Below, one piece after another: positions 63,604 through 64,000 of a stretch of DNA of 64,000 bases (its first letter is position 1; every line of letters begins with the position of its first letter). The DNA is from Nostoc sp. (GTDB taxonomy: Bacteria; Cyanobacteriota; Cyanobacteriia; Cyanobacteriales; Nostocaceae). The stretch covers positions 181,565-245,564 of the forward strand of contig JBALDB010000053.1 of assembly GCA_036918135.1 (NCBI GenBank). Reading direction: 5' to 3'. The position numbers and the translations under genes are program-made. Under the pieces are notes generated by a model that saw only the letters and a program-made list of their open reading frames with translations, searched no databases and had not been told where the DNA came from.

Positions 63604-64000
63604 TTAGGTAAAAATTCGAGACCAACAGTCAACACAGTGTTGCATCCATCAGTTCAAATGTTACGTCCTTTGCCCGACATAAACATTTGTATGCTGCTTG
63701 ACGGAATTCCAAGAGTTATGCAAAAACATCCATAGCGGTAGATGAAGATTGGTTGTGCTTTTTTCATCTTCCGTTATTGGGGTGCTTGTTCTTACAGGCA
63801 TCCCTTGATTTTTTGCACAGCTACTACTTAACGATCGCTCTCCTTTAGTCTAAAGTCCAGTTTATTAGTATAAATGACCTGAGTAAATTACGAACTTATA
63901 TTTCGATTGTCAGAGTTTATCGACCAAAATATTTGGTATATACCTACTTTACTGGTACAATCTCATCATTCTATCCTTTTTACTCTCTATTTCAGTAAAC

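Noticed and set aside
1..64000. High density of GCGATCGC (HIP1); search for tRNA, rRNA and riboswitches
   Set aside because: HIP1 abundance is a normal cyanobacterial trait. I recognised no structural RNA by eye; an Rfam/tRNAscan run is needed to exclude them.

Overview
This is a 64-kb chromosomal window from a filamentous, probably heterocyst-forming (Nostocales-type) cyanobacterium. The assignment rests on abundant HIP1 GCGATCGC sites, STRR heptamer tracts and Nostoc-type gene order. The housekeeping backbone is uxs-ugd, cinA-glyA, sigF-psbO, ftsQ-ftsZ-gshB-grxC, hflX, a prk paralog with radC, and ilvD. Accessory modules are a di-heme peroxidase, a GC-rich SDR behind a nonsense-mutated Uma2 gene, an ATPase plus STAND/WD40 pair, a YD/Ca-binding/RTX protein bracketed by 26-bp direct repeats, a VapBC-type toxin-antitoxin pair, a split FluG/NodGS-like pair and a helical carotenoid protein. 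The best candidate for an undescribed system is a three-gene cluster at 56172-61048: a fatty-acid alpha-dioxygenase-like heme enzyme, a short catalase-fold protein and a GMC oxidoreductase, which together suggest an oxylipin/fatty-aldehyde pathway. Other notable points are a PilP-like lipoprotein behind sigF, an apparent ATA start for hflX, and several small mobile repeats. I saw no rRNA, tRNA, CRISPR array or transposase. All calls come from reading motifs by eye; no database searches were run.
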